A DNA stretch of 52,078 nucleotides, filler included, from Bipalium vagum (lineage: Eukaryota), in assembly GCA_037834085.1 (NCBI GenBank). It is 3 parts of 3 records of this genome, joined end to end, with 100 filler letters (N's around TTAATTAATTAA, not from the genome) between each part and the next. Parts side by side here need not be neighbours in the genome. Positions count along the whole stretch, not along the records: positions 35,398 to 52,078 come from JBBMKC010098601.1; 2 more parts are not named here. One strand, 5' to 3'. Positions within the stretch are counted from its first letter, which is position 1; the number at the start of each line of letters is the position of its first letter. Below are positions 51,250 through 52,078 of the stretch, piece by piece. Position numbers and translations under genes: made by a program. Below the pieces are notes generated by a model. The model ran no database searches. It was not told the origin of the DNA and saw only the letters and a program-made list of their open reading frames with translations.

Positions 51250-51799
51250 GATGAATCAAGACCTAAGGGAATTGAACAAATTTAATCGAAAACCAAGATT
51301 CTGTTAACAGTTTTTATGGCTTATCTTGTAGTAGTTCATCATAAATTTCTTCCAAAAAGTTGTACCGTAAATATAAATTTGCATTTATATGTTACGCATC
51401 TTCTACCTGAGGCGATTCGTCAAAAAAGACCAAATTTTCGACTGTCAATTCATTGGTTTTACAACATGACAACACCTCTTCTCATAATGCAATCATTATC
51501 TGTGAGCTTTTTGCCAACAATTCAAAAAATGTTATTTTGCATGTACGATATTCTTCAGATATATCACCTTGTGACTTTTTTCTGTTCAATCAATTACAGA
51601 AACTACTTTGAGGAAACAGATTTGATTCAGTTTATTCAATAAAACAAAAATAAAATGACGAACTTTCTGAATTGGATTAAATGTTGGCACACGTTTAATG
51701 CGACGGGAGGAGAGTACTTTGAAGGATACAAAATAAATTTTGTCGATTAAATAAATATTGTTTTATTTTGACAGTCACCTTACTTTTTGAACATAGTAG
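51250..51799 (+). mobile_element. Mariner 3' half (same family as 1139-1410)
   Basis: VVHHKFLP, EAIRQKRP, LQHDNT, YSSDISPCDFFLF, GEYFEGYKIN; terminus tactttttgaacatagtag-TA. Confidence 0.85.
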
Positions 51800-52078
51800 T
51801 ATATGTAGGATTCCTCAGCACGTTGACAGAAACGATTTGTTTTAATATATATTATTTATTCGACTGGCAAAAAAATCAATCATAATATTTGATGTTGCAA
51901 TATTTAATTAATAATTTTTATTTTAGAAATGGGCTTTTTTTTGAAAATATCAAAATTCTTATTTTCCTTTAATTTTTTAAGAATTGAACAAATTATGATA
52001 GTTTATCAAATAACTTTGTAATCTGTTATCATTATCTTCGATTGTCATCTTCTATGTATTACAATCAGTACTAATTCT

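Noticed and set aside
1139-51799. Inverted same-family mariner ends at both edges of the window as one giant composite transposon
   Set aside because: Both are diverged 3' ends, separated by artificial contig joins; independent insertions are far more likely.

Overview
Very AT-rich eukaryotic (animal) genomic DNA. The ~45-nt GT-AG introns and dense mariner load fit a freshwater planarian, but that is an inference. Three host genes lie on the minus strand: (1) an intronless 384-aa rhodopsin-class neuropeptide-type GPCR (7912-9066); (2) the first two coding exons of a USP31/USP43-like deubiquitinase (21270-20161, 19444-19298), with no His-box exons recognisable in the window; (3) a complete five-coding-exon, 345-aa SRSF4/5/6 (B52/SRp55-type) splicing factor (29805-28073). 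Most of the rest is transposon debris: many DD34D mariners (one full length), Tc1/Tc3 DD34E, rosa DD41D, a plant/oomycete-type DD39D-like relic, pogo-type MITEs, piggyBac, Chapaev3, Ty3/gypsy gag-pol and solo LTRs. There is also an ankyrin-repeat relic, and three assembly gaps, two of which carry an artificial TTAATTAATTAA linker. The best candidate regulatory system is the 501-nt intron splitting the SWQ^DLKD motif of the SR gene. It contains a GC-rich poison exon / alternative 3' splice site with in-frame TGA TAA, a G.U hairpin over the candidate poison donor, and a second stem that could bring a distant branch point near the productive acceptor while hiding intervening AGs. The SR gene is also bracketed by two related, same-orientation LTR-like repeats. 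All calls were made by eye; no searches or folding were run.
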